Positions 35,849 to 46,059 of a stretch of 64,000 nucleotides of DNA are shown here, one piece after another. The position numbers and the translations under genes were made by a program. Location of the stretch: contig SVDX01000002.1 in NCBI GenBank assembly GCA_015057605.1, positions 24,312-88,311 on the forward strand, given 5' to 3'. Within the stretch, counting starts at the first letter, position 1; the number at the start of each line of letters is the position of its first letter. The DNA comes from Lachnospira sp. (lineage in GTDB: Bacteria; Bacillota; Clostridia; Lachnospirales; Lachnospiraceae). A model generated the notes under the pieces. It saw only the letters and a program-made list of their open reading frames with translations. It was not told where the DNA came from and did not search any database.

Positions 35849-36556
35849 CTATTTATTGCAAGTGTTTTTTAAATATTTTTCATATAAATCTGGTCTGTAC
35901 TTTTTAGTGCGTTCAACAGACTGTTCTAAACGCCATTTTTCAATATTACCATGATGCCCAGAAAGTAATACCTGCGGTACCTTTAGTCCATCATATTCTT
36001 CCGGTCTTGAATATTGCGGATGCTCAAGCAAATTGTTATTAAATGATTCAAATTCAGCCGAAGTCTCATTATTAAGCACTCCACCAACAAGTCTTGAAAT
36101 TGCATCAATCATAACCATAGCTGGTAATTCGCCACCAGTAAGAACATAGTCTCCAATTGACACAAAATCAGTAACTATCATATCAAGTGCTCTTTCGTCT
36201 ATACCTTCATAATGCCCACACAAAAATACCAATTCATCCTCTTTAGCAAATTCCTTTGCCATATCCTGATTAAAGGTATTTCCCCAAGGAGTAAGATATA
36301 TAACTCTTGGTTTTTTTCCATTTTTAACAGATTCAATTGAGTTATAGGCATCAACTACCGGCTGTACTTGCATTAGCATGCCAGCTCCACCACCATATGG
36401 ATAATCATCAACCTTCATATGCTTGTTTTTAGAAAAATCTCGTATATTAATTGCATTTACACTTATAAGTTCATTAGTAATTGCCCTGCCTATTATACTT
36501 TCAGACATTGCGTTATTAATCATTTCTGGAAATAATGTTAATACATTAAATTTCAT
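35849..36556 (-). CDS. trmD: tRNA (guanine37-N1)-methyltransferase
   Basis: MKFNVLTLFPEM start and GGELPAMVMIDAISRL. Confidence 0.95.
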   Translation of the reverse strand: MKFNVLTLFPEMINNAMSESIIGRAITNELISVNAINIRDFSKNKHMKVDDYPYGGGAGMLMQVQPVVDAYNSIESVKNGKKPRVIYLTPWGNTFNQDMAKEFAKEDELVFLCGHYEGIDERALDMIVTDFVSIGDYVLTGGELPAMVMIDAISRLVGGVLNNETSAEFESFNNNLLEHPQYSRPEEYDGLKVPQVLLSGHHGNIEKWRLEQSVERTKKYRPDLYEKYLKNTCNK

Positions 36557-37068
36557 TAATCTAACAATCCTTTCATCAAATGCACTTTAACAAGCATATT
36601 TTCTAAATCTACGTCTAAAATACATTCCTTTATGGCTGGAAGCAAAACTTCCTTTTCGTTTTTAGTTTTTACTACATAAACATCATTTGCACCTGTTTGT
36701 AATACATCTATTAATTCACCAAATTCTTCACCTTCATCAGTTATAACTTTAAGGCCAATCAAATCACAAATGTAATTTTCATCATCTTCTAATGGATCTA
36801 AATCTTCTCTTGATAAAAGCAAATCCTTATTCACATATTTTTCAACATCATTAATGTCATCAATTCCTTTAAACTTTAATATAACAAATTGCTTAAAGAA
36901 TTTGACACTTTTTATTTCTAAAGAAAGCTTTTCCTTACCTGTATTAATCAAAACCTTTTTGATTTTATTAAATTGTTCTACATTGTCAATTGTAGGAAAA
37001 ACTTTTACTTCTCCTTTAATCCCATGCGTCTTAGTTATTACGCCAACTCTTAAAAACTGTTCTAACAT
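36556..37068 (-). CDS. rimM: 16S rRNA processing protein RimM
   Basis: The VGVITKTHGIKGEVKV pattern and operon context. Confidence 0.9.
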   Translation of the reverse strand: MLEQFLRVGVITKTHGIKGEVKVFPTIDNVEQFNKIKKVLINTGKEKLSLEIKSVKFFKQFVILKFKGIDDINDVEKYVNKDLLLSREDLDPLEDDENYICDLIGLKVITDEGEEFGELIDVLQTGANDVYVVKTKNEKEVLLPAIKECILDVDLENMLVKVHLMKGLLD

Positions 37069-37100
37069 AACAATCCTTTCTGCTCATTAAAATATAGAGC

Positions 37101-37130
37101 AGAAAGAGATGACTTTCATCATCTCTTTCT
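37101..37130 (-). other. 12-bp perfect hairpin inside the rpsP operon (between the KH gene and rimM)
   Basis: AGAAAGAGATGA-6 nt-TCATCTCTTTCT. No adjacent U-tract on the minus strand. Confidence 0.4.
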
Positions 37131-37147
37131 TATTAGGAATATATCGC

Positions 37148-37381
37148 TTACATTATCTCTACGATAACTTTCTTATCTTCTTTTTGAGCTGCTGCTTTTA
37201 CAACTGCGCGGATAGCCTTAGCGATTCGTCCTTGTTTACCAATTACCTTACCCATATCAGATTGAGCAACTTTAAGTTCTAAAACAATAGCTTTATCCTT
37301 GTTTGTTTCTGTCACTACAACTTCATCAGGGTTATCAACTAGTGATTTAGCTATAACTTCAACTAATTCTTTCATCGACAC
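37148..37381 (-). CDS. KH-domain RNA-binding protein (YlqC type)
   Basis: 77 aa with GKVIGKQGRIAKAIR (KH GxxG). Lies between rpsP and rimM. Confidence 0.85.
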   Translation of the reverse strand: MSMKELVEVIAKSLVDNPDEVVVTETNKDKAIVLELKVAQSDMGKVIGKQGRIAKAIRAVVKAAAQKEDKKVIVEIM

Positions 37382-37396
37382 ACACCTCCACTAGTC

Positions 37397-37642
37397 TTAT
37401 TTTTCGATGCCAGCAAGCTTGAAAATCTTACCTACAACTTCTGTTGGTTGAGCACCGTTAGCTAACCATCTCTTAGCTGCTTCTTCATCTACTGAAAATG
37501 CGCTTGGTTCTCTTGTTGGATCGTAAGTACCGATTTCTTCGATGAACTTACCATCTCTTGGAGCTCTTGAATCTGCTACTACTATTCTATAAAAAGGAGC
37601 CTTCTTTTGACCCATTCTCTTTAATCTAATCTTAACTGCCAC
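37397..37642 (-). CDS. rpsP: 30S ribosomal protein S16
   Basis: [26 protein letters not shown]. Confidence 0.95.
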   Translation of the reverse strand: MAVKIRLKRMGQKKAPFYRIVVADSRAPRDGKFIEEIGTYDPTREPSAFSVDEEAAKRWLANGAQPTEVVGKIFKLAGIEK

Positions 37643-37703
37643 TACATTTCACCTCCTTGGCTATTATAAATCTATGTTAAAATTCATTGAATTTTAAACG
37701 CTT

Positions 37704-39056
37704 TTAAAATGGTAATCTAAACTTACCCTTCTTGCCTTTGCCACCTAACATACCTGGCATCTTCTTCATCATCTGTCGCATTTGTTCAAACTGTTTAACA
37801 AGTCGGTTAACCTCACTTATATCAACGCCGGCACCTCTTGCTATTCTGTTCTTTCTTGACGGATTAAGGATATCCGGCTTAGCTCTTTCTGCCTTTGTCA
37901 TTGACAAAATGATTGCCTCAGTCTTTGCAAGCTGTCGTTCTGCATCATCATTATCAATCTTGACATTCTTCATCTGACTTCCAAGTCCAAGACCAGGTAA
38001 CATATCCATAATACTTCCTATGCCACCCATACCTCTTATCTGGCGCATATTATCAAGATAATCGTCAAAATCAAATTCGGCTTTTTTAAGCTTTCTTTCT
38101 AATTCCTTGGCTTTTTCTTCATCAATTTGAGTTTCAACCTTCTCAATAAGCGAAAGCACATCACCCATACCAAGAATTCTTGAAGCCATTCTGTCTGGAT
38201 AAAATTGCTCCAAATCTGAAAGCTTCTCGCCCATACCTACATATAGTATTGGTTTTCCTGTAACTGCTTTAATTGATAAAGCAGCACCACCTCTTGTGTC
38301 ACCATCAAGCTTAGTTAATATGACACCATCAATGCCTATCTTTTCATTAAAGCTTTCAGCTACATTAACTGCATCCTGACCTGTCATAGAATCTACAACA
38401 AGTATTGTCTGATGAATGTCTACTGCATCCTTTATAGCAATAAGCTCATCCATCATATCTTCATCTATGTGCAAACGTCCTGCTGTATCTAAGATAACTA
38501 CGTTATTACCATTAGACTTAGCATGCTCCATAGCGGCTTTAACAATGTTCACTGGCTTGTGTCCTGTTCCCATAGCAAACATAGGAACTTCTTGCTTGTT
38601 AGCATTAACCTGAAGCTGTTCTATTGCTGCAGGTCTATATATATCACAGCCTACCAATAATGGTTTCTTGCCCTTTGCTTTAAGCTTTCCGGCAATCTTA
38701 GCTGTTGTTGTCGTCTTACCGGCACCCTGAAGACCAACCATCATAATCACGGTTATCTCATTGCCTGGCTTTATGTCAATATCTGTAGTCTCAGAGCCCA
38801 TTAGCTTGACCATTTCTTCATTAACAATCTTAATTACCATCTGTCCCGGATTAAGACCATTAAGAACATCCTGACCTACCGCTCTTTCTTCTACAGCTTT
38901 GATAAATTGCTTAACTACCTTAAAATTAACATCCGCTTCTAAAAGCGCCATCTTAACTTCTTTCAAGGCTGCCTTTACATCTGCTTCTGTTAATCGGCCC
39001 TTACCTCTAAGACCTTTAAAGATATTCTGCAACTTTTCAGATAAATCAAATGCCAT
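37704..39056 (-). CDS. ffh: signal recognition particle protein Ffh
   Basis: MAFDLSEKLQNIFKGLRGKG start, GLQGAGKTT, and a Met-rich M domain at the C-terminus. Confidence 0.95.
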   Translation of the reverse strand: MAFDLSEKLQNIFKGLRGKGRLTEADVKAALKEVKMALLEADVNFKVVKQFIKAVEERAVGQDVLNGLNPGQMVIKIVNEEMVKLMGSETTDIDIKPGNEITVIMMVGLQGAGKTTTTAKIAGKLKAKGKKPLLVGCDIYRPAAIEQLQVNANKQEVPMFAMGTGHKPVNIVKAAMEHAKSNGNNVVILDTAGRLHIDEDMMDELIAIKDAVDIHQTILVVDSMTGQDAVNVAESFNEKIGIDGVILTKLDGDTRGGAALSIKAVTGKPILYVGMGEKLSDLEQFYPDRMASRILGMGDVLSLIEKVETQIDEEKAKELERKLKKAEFDFDDYLDNMRQIRGMGGIGSIMDMLPGLGLGSQMKNVKIDNDDAERQLAKTEAIILSMTKAERAKPDILNPSRKNRIARGAGVDISEVNRLVKQFEQMRQMMKKMPGMLGGKGKKGKFRLPF

Positions 39057-39080
39057 AATTATTACTATCTCCAATTCAAA

Positions 39081-39434
39081 TTACAAATCATTCATTATAT
39101 CCTGTGCAATACTATCTATCTTAGCAATCGCATCAAAATCCTTAGTTATCATTACTTCATTAGCTAATTGATGTATCTCATTAACTTTCTTCTTAGCTTC
39201 AAGGAACTTACTAAGCAATAAAAGCTTCTCTTCGTATGATTCAAGTATGTTGTCGCATCTTTTTATCAAATCATGTACACCCTGTCTACTAATACCTCTA
39301 TCAGCAGCTATCTCACTAAGAGACAAATCATTAAGCACATAATCTTCATAAATACTCTTTTGATGCTCTGTTAATAATTCGCCATAAAAATCATATAAAA
39401 GCGATTGTTTCAATACTTTTTCAACGTCACTCAC
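39081..39434 (-). CDS. ylxM: YlxM-family (UPF0122) putative DNA-binding protein
   Basis: LLYDFYGELLTEHQKSIYEDYVLNDLSLSEIA pattern. A GTG start 5 nt after an AAAGGTGA SD is preferred over the longer ORF. Confidence 0.8.
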   Translation of the reverse strand: MSDVEKVLKQSLLYDFYGELLTEHQKSIYEDYVLNDLSLSEIAADRGISRQGVHDLIKRCDNILESYEEKLLLLSKFLEAKKKVNEIHQLANEVMITKDFDAIAKIDSIAQDIMNDL

Positions 39435-39450
39435 TTTAATCACCTTTGCT

Positions 39451-39479
39451 ATAATACTACACAAAAAAGAAAGTGTCAA
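39451..39479 (-). promoter_or_regulatory. sigma-A type promoter for ylxM-ffh
   Basis: Minus strand has TTGACA, a 17-nt spacer and TATTAT. The -35 lies inside the 3' arm of the ilvA terminator. Confidence 0.5.
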
Positions 39480-39499
39480 GTATTTTTTCTTGACACTTT
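39461..39499 (-). terminator. rho-independent terminator after ilvA
   Basis: Minus strand reads AAAGTGTCAAG-AAAAAATA-CTTGACACTTT followed by CTTTTTTGT. Confidence 0.65.
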
Positions 39500-39505
39500 T
39501 CAAAA

Positions 39506-40717
39506 TTATATATTTGTTTTTACTACTCTTGGTCTAAATCCGCTTTCATCGAGCTTTTCTACAAGCTTTGCCTTGTGTTCACTACCAAATGTCTCTATTG
39601 TAATTCTAAGTTCAACAGCTGCATTTCTATTGATACTTACAAACTGATTATGATCAAGTTTGATAACATTTCCCTGTTCCTTAGCAATCACTTCAGCTAC
39701 TCTTAATAATTCGCCCGGTTTATCAGGAAGAAGAACTGATACTGTAAATATTCTGTCTCTTGCAATAAGACCCTGTTGTACTACTGTTGACATTGTAATA
39801 ATATCCATATTACCGCCGCTCAATATCGCAACAACCTTTTTGCCTGTAACGCCTAAATGTGTTACAGCTGCTGCTGTAAGAAGACCAGAGTTTTCAACTA
39901 TCATCTTATGATTTTCAACCATATCAAGGAAGGCTACTATAAGCTCTTCATCGTCAATAGTTATAACATCATCAAGATTTTCCTTCAAATATGGGAACAA
40001 AAGTTTTCCAGGAGTCTTAACTGCAGTACCATCAGCAATTGTACTTACTGAAGGAAGCGTTAATACTTCTCCTGACTTTATTGATTCTTGAAGACAGTTA
40101 GCTCCGGCAGGCTCAACGCCTATAACCTTAATATTTGGATTAAGAAGCTTAGCAAGTGCAGATACACCAGTAGCAAGTCCGCCACCGCCAATTGGCACAA
40201 GAATATAATCAACTGTTGGTAATTCCTTAATAATTTCCATTGCTATAGAACCCTGTCCTGTTGCAACATCTAAATCATCAAATGGATGTATAAATGTAAG
40301 ACCTTTTTCTTCTGCCATCTTAGTAGCATACTCGCATGCTTCGTCATATACGTCACCATATAAAACAACCTCTGCACCATAGCTCTTAGTTCTGTTAACC
40401 TTAATCAATGGTGTTGTAGTTGGCATAACGATTGTCGCCTTAACACCATATATTTTAGCCGCATAAGCAACACCTTGAGCATGGTTACCTGCTGATGCTG
40501 TGATTAATCCCTTTTCTCTTTCTTCTTTTGAAAGAGTGCTAATTTTATAATATGCACCTCTAACCTTATAAGCTCCAGTATACTGTAAATTTTCTGGTTT
40601 AAAATATACCTTATTACCACTTTGGTTACTAAAGTATTCGCTGTACACAAGCTTTGTCTGTAAAGTTACCTCTTTAACCTTTTCGGATGCCTCTTCAAAT
40701 TTTTCTAATGTTAACAT
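39506..40717 (-). CDS. ilvA: threonine ammonia-lyase (PLP-dependent, with C-terminal ACT-like domain)
   Basis: PLP lysine context YKVRGA, then SAGNHAQGVAYAA and GGGGL. 403 aa. Confidence 0.9.
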   Translation of the reverse strand: MLTLEKFEEASEKVKEVTLQTKLVYSEYFSNQSGNKVYFKPENLQYTGAYKVRGAYYKISTLSKEEREKGLITASAGNHAQGVAYAAKIYGVKATIVMPTTTPLIKVNRTKSYGAEVVLYGDVYDEACEYATKMAEEKGLTFIHPFDDLDVATGQGSIAMEIIKELPTVDYILVPIGGGGLATGVSALAKLLNPNIKVIGVEPAGANCLQESIKSGEVLTLPSVSTIADGTAVKTPGKLLFPYLKENLDDVITIDDEELIVAFLDMVENHKMIVENSGLLTAAAVTHLGVTGKKVVAILSGGNMDIITMSTVVQQGLIARDRIFTVSVLLPDKPGELLRVAEVIAKEQGNVIKLDHNQFVSINRNAAVELRITIETFGSEHKAKLVEKLDESGFRPRVVKTNI

Positions 40718-40767
40718 ATCAAAATCTTCTTTCTACATAAATTTTCCTTATATTATAGCACTACAAA

Positions 40768-41700
40768 TTATTTAATGTCAAATAATGCATTTACAAATTC
40801 GTCTGAATTAAACTTTTGTAAATCTTCTACCTTTTCACCAACGCCAACATATTTTACAGGTATTTTGTATTCTGATTGGATTGCAACCGCAATTCCGCCC
40901 TTCGCAGTACCATCAAGCTTTGTAAGTATTATACCTGTTATGTTTGCTACTTCGTTAAATTCTCTTAACTGCGCTAATGCATTTTGTCCTGTTGTAGCAT
41001 CAAGTACGATAAGTGTTTCTCTGTATGCATCTGCATATTCTCGTTCAATAATTCTATCAATTTTTCTAAGCTCTTCCATAAGATTTTTCTTGTTATGGAG
41101 TCTTCCAGCTGTGTCACATAAAAGTACATCTGCTTTTCTTGCTTTACTTGCAGCAACAGCATCATATATAACTGCTGCAGGATCAGAGCCCTCGCTTTGA
41201 GCAATTATATCTGTACCTGTTCTATGCGCCCATTCAGTAAGCTGTTCAATTGCTGCTGCTCTAAATGTATCCGCAGCCGCAAGCACAACCTTTTTATCCA
41301 TATTTTTAAGATGTCCTGCAAGCTTTCCTACTGAAGTTGTCTTACCAACGCCATTTACGCCGATTACAAGAACAATTGATTTGCGATTTTCAAATTCGTA
41401 CGCATTTTCACCCAAATCCATTTGAGATTTAATACTATCAATCAAAAGTTTTTTACATTCAGCAGGATTTTTTACCTTTTCTTCCTTAACACGTACCTTT
41501 AAATCCTCAATAATCTTGTTGGTTGCAGCTACGCCAATATCGCCCATAATAAGTATTTCTTCAATTTCTTCATAAAAGTCATCGTCAATACTTGAAAATG
41601 CACTAAATATTGAATCTATCCCTGAAACAATGTTGTTTCTTGTTTTAGAAAGACCTTCTACAAGTTTGGAGAAAAATCCCTTTTTTTGTTCATTTTCCAT
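40768..41700 (-). CDS. ftsY: signal recognition particle receptor FtsY
   Basis: GVNGVGKTTSVGKLA, DTAGRLHNK and TKLDGTAKGG. Confidence 0.95.
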   Translation of the reverse strand: MENEQKKGFFSKLVEGLSKTRNNIVSGIDSIFSAFSSIDDDFYEEIEEILIMGDIGVAATNKIIEDLKVRVKEEKVKNPAECKKLLIDSIKSQMDLGENAYEFENRKSIVLVIGVNGVGKTTSVGKLAGHLKNMDKKVVLAAADTFRAAAIEQLTEWAHRTGTDIIAQSEGSDPAAVIYDAVAASKARKADVLLCDTAGRLHNKKNLMEELRKIDRIIEREYADAYRETLIVLDATTGQNALAQLREFNEVANITGIILTKLDGTAKGGIAVAIQSEYKIPVKYVGVGEKVEDLQKFNSDEFVNALFDIK

Positions 41701-41704
41701 ATTT

Positions 41705-44700
41705 TTATTCCTTTTCTTTCTCTAAATCCTTTTCAATAAGGTCAACCGACACTAAGGTCGATACACCCTTTTCTTGCATTGTGATACCGTACAAACGGTC
41801 TGCCGCAGCCATAGTACCTCTTCTGTGAGTAATAACTATAAACTGTGTATTCTTAGTAAGCTTATGAAGATATTGTGCATATCTGCCTACATTCGAATCA
41901 TCCAATGCCGCTTCAATTTCATCTAAAAGACAGAATGGTGATGGTTTAAGATTCTGTATTGCAAATAGCAATGAAATAGCTGTAAGCGCCTTTTCACCAC
42001 CTGATAACTGCATCATATTTTGAAGCTTCTTTCCTGGTGGCTGAGATATAATTGTTATACCTGCCTCAAGAATATCTTCGCCTTCCACAAGCTCTATTTC
42101 GCCTTTACCGCCGCCAAATAATTCCTTAAACACCTTGTCAAATTCAACCTTAATTTCATTGAATTTTTCCATAAACTGCTTACGCATCTCGTTATCAAGC
42201 TCACCAATAATCTTTACTAATGATTCCTCTGCTTTTGTAAGGTCTTCATACTGTGCCTTTAAGAATTCATATCTTTCAGAAACAGCCTTGTACTCTTCAA
42301 TAGCATTTACATTTACATCACCTAAAGACTTAATTCCACTCTTTAATGAAGAAATATTTTTCTTAATATCTGCGGAACTCTTTAAGCTTTCATCCTTAAG
42401 CGGCAATGCCATGTTGTATGTAAGCTCATATTCGTCCCACATGTACTGTGTCTGATTTTCTATTGATTCCTCAAGCTTTTCTATTTGTGCTGTAAGTCTA
42501 TATTCGTCCTTACTAAGCTCATTTATTCTTAATGAAATTTCTTCTCGAACAGCAAATGAATCCTTGTATTTTTTATTCATTTCCTCTTTCTTATCTCTTA
42601 ATTCATTAAGCTTTGAATCGTAATTGCCAAGGCCACTTCTAATTGCTACAATCTGTGCCTCAAGATTCTTAATAGATTCCTGCTTTGCATCAATAGCACT
42701 CTTTGCATCACCAAGCATAAGGTTGCAATCTTCAATATCTGCCTTTAACTTGTTAATCTCTGACTTGATACGAGAAATGTTTTCCTTATTGAACTCGCAT
42801 TTTTGATTTGCAGCAAGACATTCCATATTGCATTTATCAAATTCATCATTAAGCTCATCATAAGTTTCCTTCTTTTCTTCTAACGAAATCATAAGCTCGC
42901 TAATGTTCATTTCGATTTTTGCATTTTGTTTGTCCATAGCCTTTATTTCTTCAAATACGCCAAGTAAAGTGCTATTAATTTCTTCAATTTGATTATCTAT
43001 TTCCGCAGATTCTTTTTGATTTGAAGCATACTCTGAGTTTATCTCTTCCTTCTTATCCTTAATCTGCTTAATGCTTACTTCGATTGTATTTTGATCAAGC
43101 TTCTTATTTTGTAATTCATAGTTATTAAGCTCAAGCTTTTCACGAATTAAAGCAAGTTCATTACGCTTAACTGAAAGCTTTTCTGTTATAGCACTAATCT
43201 CTTCTTCAATTTTTAAAACCTGTTTTTCAAGGTCTTCCATTTCTCTTCTTCGACCAAGAAGATTGCTGTTATTCTTAAATGCACCACCTGTCATTGAACC
43301 GCCAGGATTTAACTGTTCGCCTTCAAGAGTAACTATTCGGATGCTATATTTGTATTTTCTTGCAATTGAAAGCGCATTATCAATATTATCCACTACGAGA
43401 ATACGTCCAAGTAAGTATTTTGCTAATGTATCAAATTTTATATCTACCTTTATAAGATCACTCGCAATGCCAACTACACCTTTTTCTTTAGCACAGGCTT
43501 CATTTTCAAGACTTTGTTTAGCATTTATTGATGATAATGGTAAAAATGTAGCTCGTCCATACTTGTTTTGTTTTAAATGCTCAATAAGCTTTTTAGCAGT
43601 AGTTTCAGTATCTGTTACAATATTTTGAATAGAACCGCCTAAAGCTGTTTCAATAGCTAATTCATATTTTTGTTCTACCTTAATAATATCTGCAATAACG
43701 CCAAGAATCCCCTTTGTACTATCCTTTAATTCCATTACTTTCTTAATACTTTGACCATAGCCTTCATATCTTTCGGTAATATTCTTTAAAGACTCTAATT
43801 TTGATTGTTCTCTATGGAACTCTTGCTTTTTGCTATCTATTTCTTCGTTGACATGATTAATATCATTCTTTATTTCGACTACCTTTTGCTCAAGTCCTGC
43901 ATTTTCTTCTTCAAGCGCTTTTATTTGAGTTAAAATGTTCTTAGCTTCCTTTTCAAAGCCTGCCAAAGATTCAAGCTGTTCACTTTCTAAGGATTTACTC
44001 TTAATTATACGGCTGTTTAACTCGGTTTTTCTGATATTAATTTGTTCAAGCATAGTTTCATATCTTTGAAGCTTTGCTTTTACCTGTGCCTTTTGATTAA
44101 GAAGCTCAATTATCTTTGATTTGCTATCTTCTATTTGAATATTCGTATCTTCTATATCAGTTGCTGCTGCATTTACCTTCTCTTCTAACTCTTCTTTTGA
44201 CTTTTCGAGATTCTTAGCAGTATTTTCATTTTCCTTTTGTATTGTTAAATACTCTTCTAATTCAGCATTTTTTTGCTTAATTTCTTCAGTAATCGAAAGA
44301 ATACGTGAGTTAATATGCTCGTCATTAACTTGCGCAGTCTTTATCTGTTCCTTTAAAACCTCAACTTGACCTTCGTATTTACCAATATTGATTACAGATG
44401 TATTTTGTTCTTCTACAAGCTTTTCTATTTCATTAGAAACCTCTTCAATAGAAGTACCCATTAATTCGTATTCTTCTTTAGTAGCTTCATATCTTTGTCT
44501 TGATGCTTCTAAATCACTAACGACCGCTTCCATCTTATCAGAAAGAATCTTTTCTTGTTCTTTAACACGAGATGTTTCTGCAAGAAATAAATTCACTTCA
44601 TAGCGTTTAAGTTCTTCTTTTAATTTAAGATATTGCTTTGCCTTTTCTGATTGTCTTTCAAGTGGTCCTACTTGCTTTTCAAGTTCTGAAAGTATGTCTT

Positions 44701-45274
44701 TAATTCTTGTAAGATTCATACGTTCACTATCAAGACTCTTTTGTGCAACAAGCTTTCGCTTCTTAAATTTAACGATACCTGCTGCTTCATCAAAAAGCTC
44801 TCTTCGCTCTTCTGGCTTACCGCTAAGTATTTTATCAATCTGTCCCTGACCGATAATAGAATAGCCTTCTTTACCGATACCTGTATCATAGAACAATTCG
44901 TTTATATCCTTAAGTCTGCAAATGCTACCATTTATAAGGTATTCACTTTCTCCGGAACGAAATACCTTTCTTGATACAGTAACCTCATCGCTATCAATTG
45001 CTAAAGCTCTATCGGAGTTATCTAACTTGATGGAAACATAAGCGTATCCAATAGCCTTTCTCATTTGAGTTCCAGCGAAGATAACATCCTCCATTTTAGA
45101 ACCACGAAGTTGCTTTACTCTTTGTTCACCAAGTACCCATCTTACGGCATCAGCAACATTACTTTTACCACTTCCGTTAGGTCCTACAATTCCAGTAATA
45201 CCATTATGAAAATCAAATACTATTTTATTTGCAAATGATTTAAAACCCTGTACCTCAATGCTTTTTAAATACAT
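41705..45274 (-). CDS. smc: chromosome segregation protein SMC
   Basis: 1189 aa with an N-terminal GPNGSGKSN, long coiled coils, a hinge, and a C-terminal LSGGEKALTA / LDEIEAALD. Confidence 0.95.
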   Translation of the reverse strand: MYLKSIEVQGFKSFANKIVFDFHNGITGIVGPNGSGKSNVADAVRWVLGEQRVKQLRGSKMEDVIFAGTQMRKAIGYAYVSIKLDNSDRALAIDSDEVTVSRKVFRSGESEYLINGSICRLKDINELFYDTGIGKEGYSIIGQGQIDKILSGKPEERRELFDEAAGIVKFKKRKLVAQKSLDSERMNLTRIKDILSELEKQVGPLERQSEKAKQYLKLKEELKRYEVNLFLAETSRVKEQEKILSDKMEAVVSDLEASRQRYEATKEEYELMGTSIEEVSNEIEKLVEEQNTSVINIGKYEGQVEVLKEQIKTAQVNDEHINSRILSITEEIKQKNAELEEYLTIQKENENTAKNLEKSKEELEEKVNAAATDIEDTNIQIEDSKSKIIELLNQKAQVKAKLQRYETMLEQINIRKTELNSRIIKSKSLESEQLESLAGFEKEAKNILTQIKALEEENAGLEQKVVEIKNDINHVNEEIDSKKQEFHREQSKLESLKNITERYEGYGQSIKKVMELKDSTKGILGVIADIIKVEQKYELAIETALGGSIQNIVTDTETTAKKLIEHLKQNKYGRATFLPLSSINAKQSLENEACAKEKGVVGIASDLIKVDIKFDTLAKYLLGRILVVDNIDNALSIARKYKYSIRIVTLEGEQLNPGGSMTGGAFKNNSNLLGRRREMEDLEKQVLKIEEEISAITEKLSVKRNELALIREKLELNNYELQNKKLDQNTIEVSIKQIKDKKEEINSEYASNQKESAEIDNQIEEINSTLLGVFEEIKAMDKQNAKIEMNISELMISLEEKKETYDELNDEFDKCNMECLAANQKCEFNKENISRIKSEINKLKADIEDCNLMLGDAKSAIDAKQESIKNLEAQIVAIRSGLGNYDSKLNELRDKKEEMNKKYKDSFAVREEISLRINELSKDEYRLTAQIEKLEESIENQTQYMWDEYELTYNMALPLKDESLKSSADIKKNISSLKSGIKSLGDVNVNAIEEYKAVSERYEFLKAQYEDLTKAEESLVKIIGELDNEMRKQFMEKFNEIKVEFDKVFKELFGGGKGEIELVEGEDILEAGITIISQPPGKKLQNMMQLSGGEKALTAISLLFAIQNLKPSPFCLLDEIEAALDDSNVGRYAQYLHKLTKNTQFIVITHRRGTMAAADRLYGITMQEKGVSTLVSVDLIEKDLEKEKE

Positions 45275-45282
45275 CTTATTAC

Positions 45283-45993
45283 CTACTTTTCATTTATTTT
45301 CTTTAAGGCTTCGTATGCCGCCTGTTGTTCTGCCGCTTTCATACTTGTTGCCTTTCCATATCCCATTTCTTTTTCATTAAGACGTACAACAACCTCATAT
45401 ATCTTTCTGTGAGATTCACCACTTTCTTTTATGCAAAAATACTCTGGTAATTTTTTATATATCTTTTGTGAATATTCCTGAAGGATGTTCTTACTATTAA
45501 AAAAGAGTTGCTTATTATCAAAATCATTCAATATAAATTTGTTAACAAACTCCTTTGCATTAGTAAATCCACCATCCAAATATATGGCACCTAAAATAGC
45601 TTCTACCACATCAGCTATTATTGTGTCTTTTTGTCTTCCTTTTTCAAGTTCTTCGCCTCTACCAAGCAAAATGTATTTATTCAAGCCATATTCTTTACTA
45701 CATTTAGCAAGATAAGGCTCACAAACTACCGCCTGTTTAATATAAGTAAGCTTACCTTCATTATGCTTTGGATATTTTTCATATAAATATTGCACTATAA
45801 TTAATTCAAGTACAGCATCACCTAAAAATTCGAGTCGCTCATAATGTTCTATCTTATTTTTATTAACTGAATTATATTCATTCGCATATGAAGTATGTGT
45901 CCATGCTTGTATAATCAGACTTTTGTCCTTAAACTCATACCCTATAAGCTTTTCAAAGCTGTTTATTGGTTTTGCATATTCCTTTATCATCAT
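45283..45993 (-). CDS. rnc: ribonuclease III
   Basis: ERLEFLGDAVLE signature plus a C-terminal dsRBD. Confidence 0.9.
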   Translation of the reverse strand: MMIKEYAKPINSFEKLIGYEFKDKSLIIQAWTHTSYANEYNSVNKNKIEHYERLEFLGDAVLELIIVQYLYEKYPKHNEGKLTYIKQAVVCEPYLAKCSKEYGLNKYILLGRGEELEKGRQKDTIIADVVEAILGAIYLDGGFTNAKEFVNKFILNDFDNKQLFFNSKNILQEYSQKIYKKLPEYFCIKESGESHRKIYEVVVRLNEKEMGYGKATSMKAAEQQAAYEALKKINEK

Positions 45994-46000
45994 ATCACCT

Positions 46001-46041
46001 AAAAAAACTGCCTTGATTCACCTCACAGTAAATCAAGACAG
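46001..46041 (-). terminator. rho-independent terminator after acpP
   Basis: Minus strand reads CTGTCTTGATT-12 nt-AATCAAGGCAG (one G-U pair) followed by TTTTTTTAGG. Confidence 0.7.
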
Positions 46042-46059
46042 TCCAAAATCATATTATAA

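Noticed and set aside
41705-45274. SMC-family protein as part of a Lamassu/Wadjet-type defence system
   Set aside because: It lies in the canonical rnc-smc-ftsY arrangement and is a full-length chromosomal SMC with a hinge. No JetABCD/LmuABC-type partners are present.
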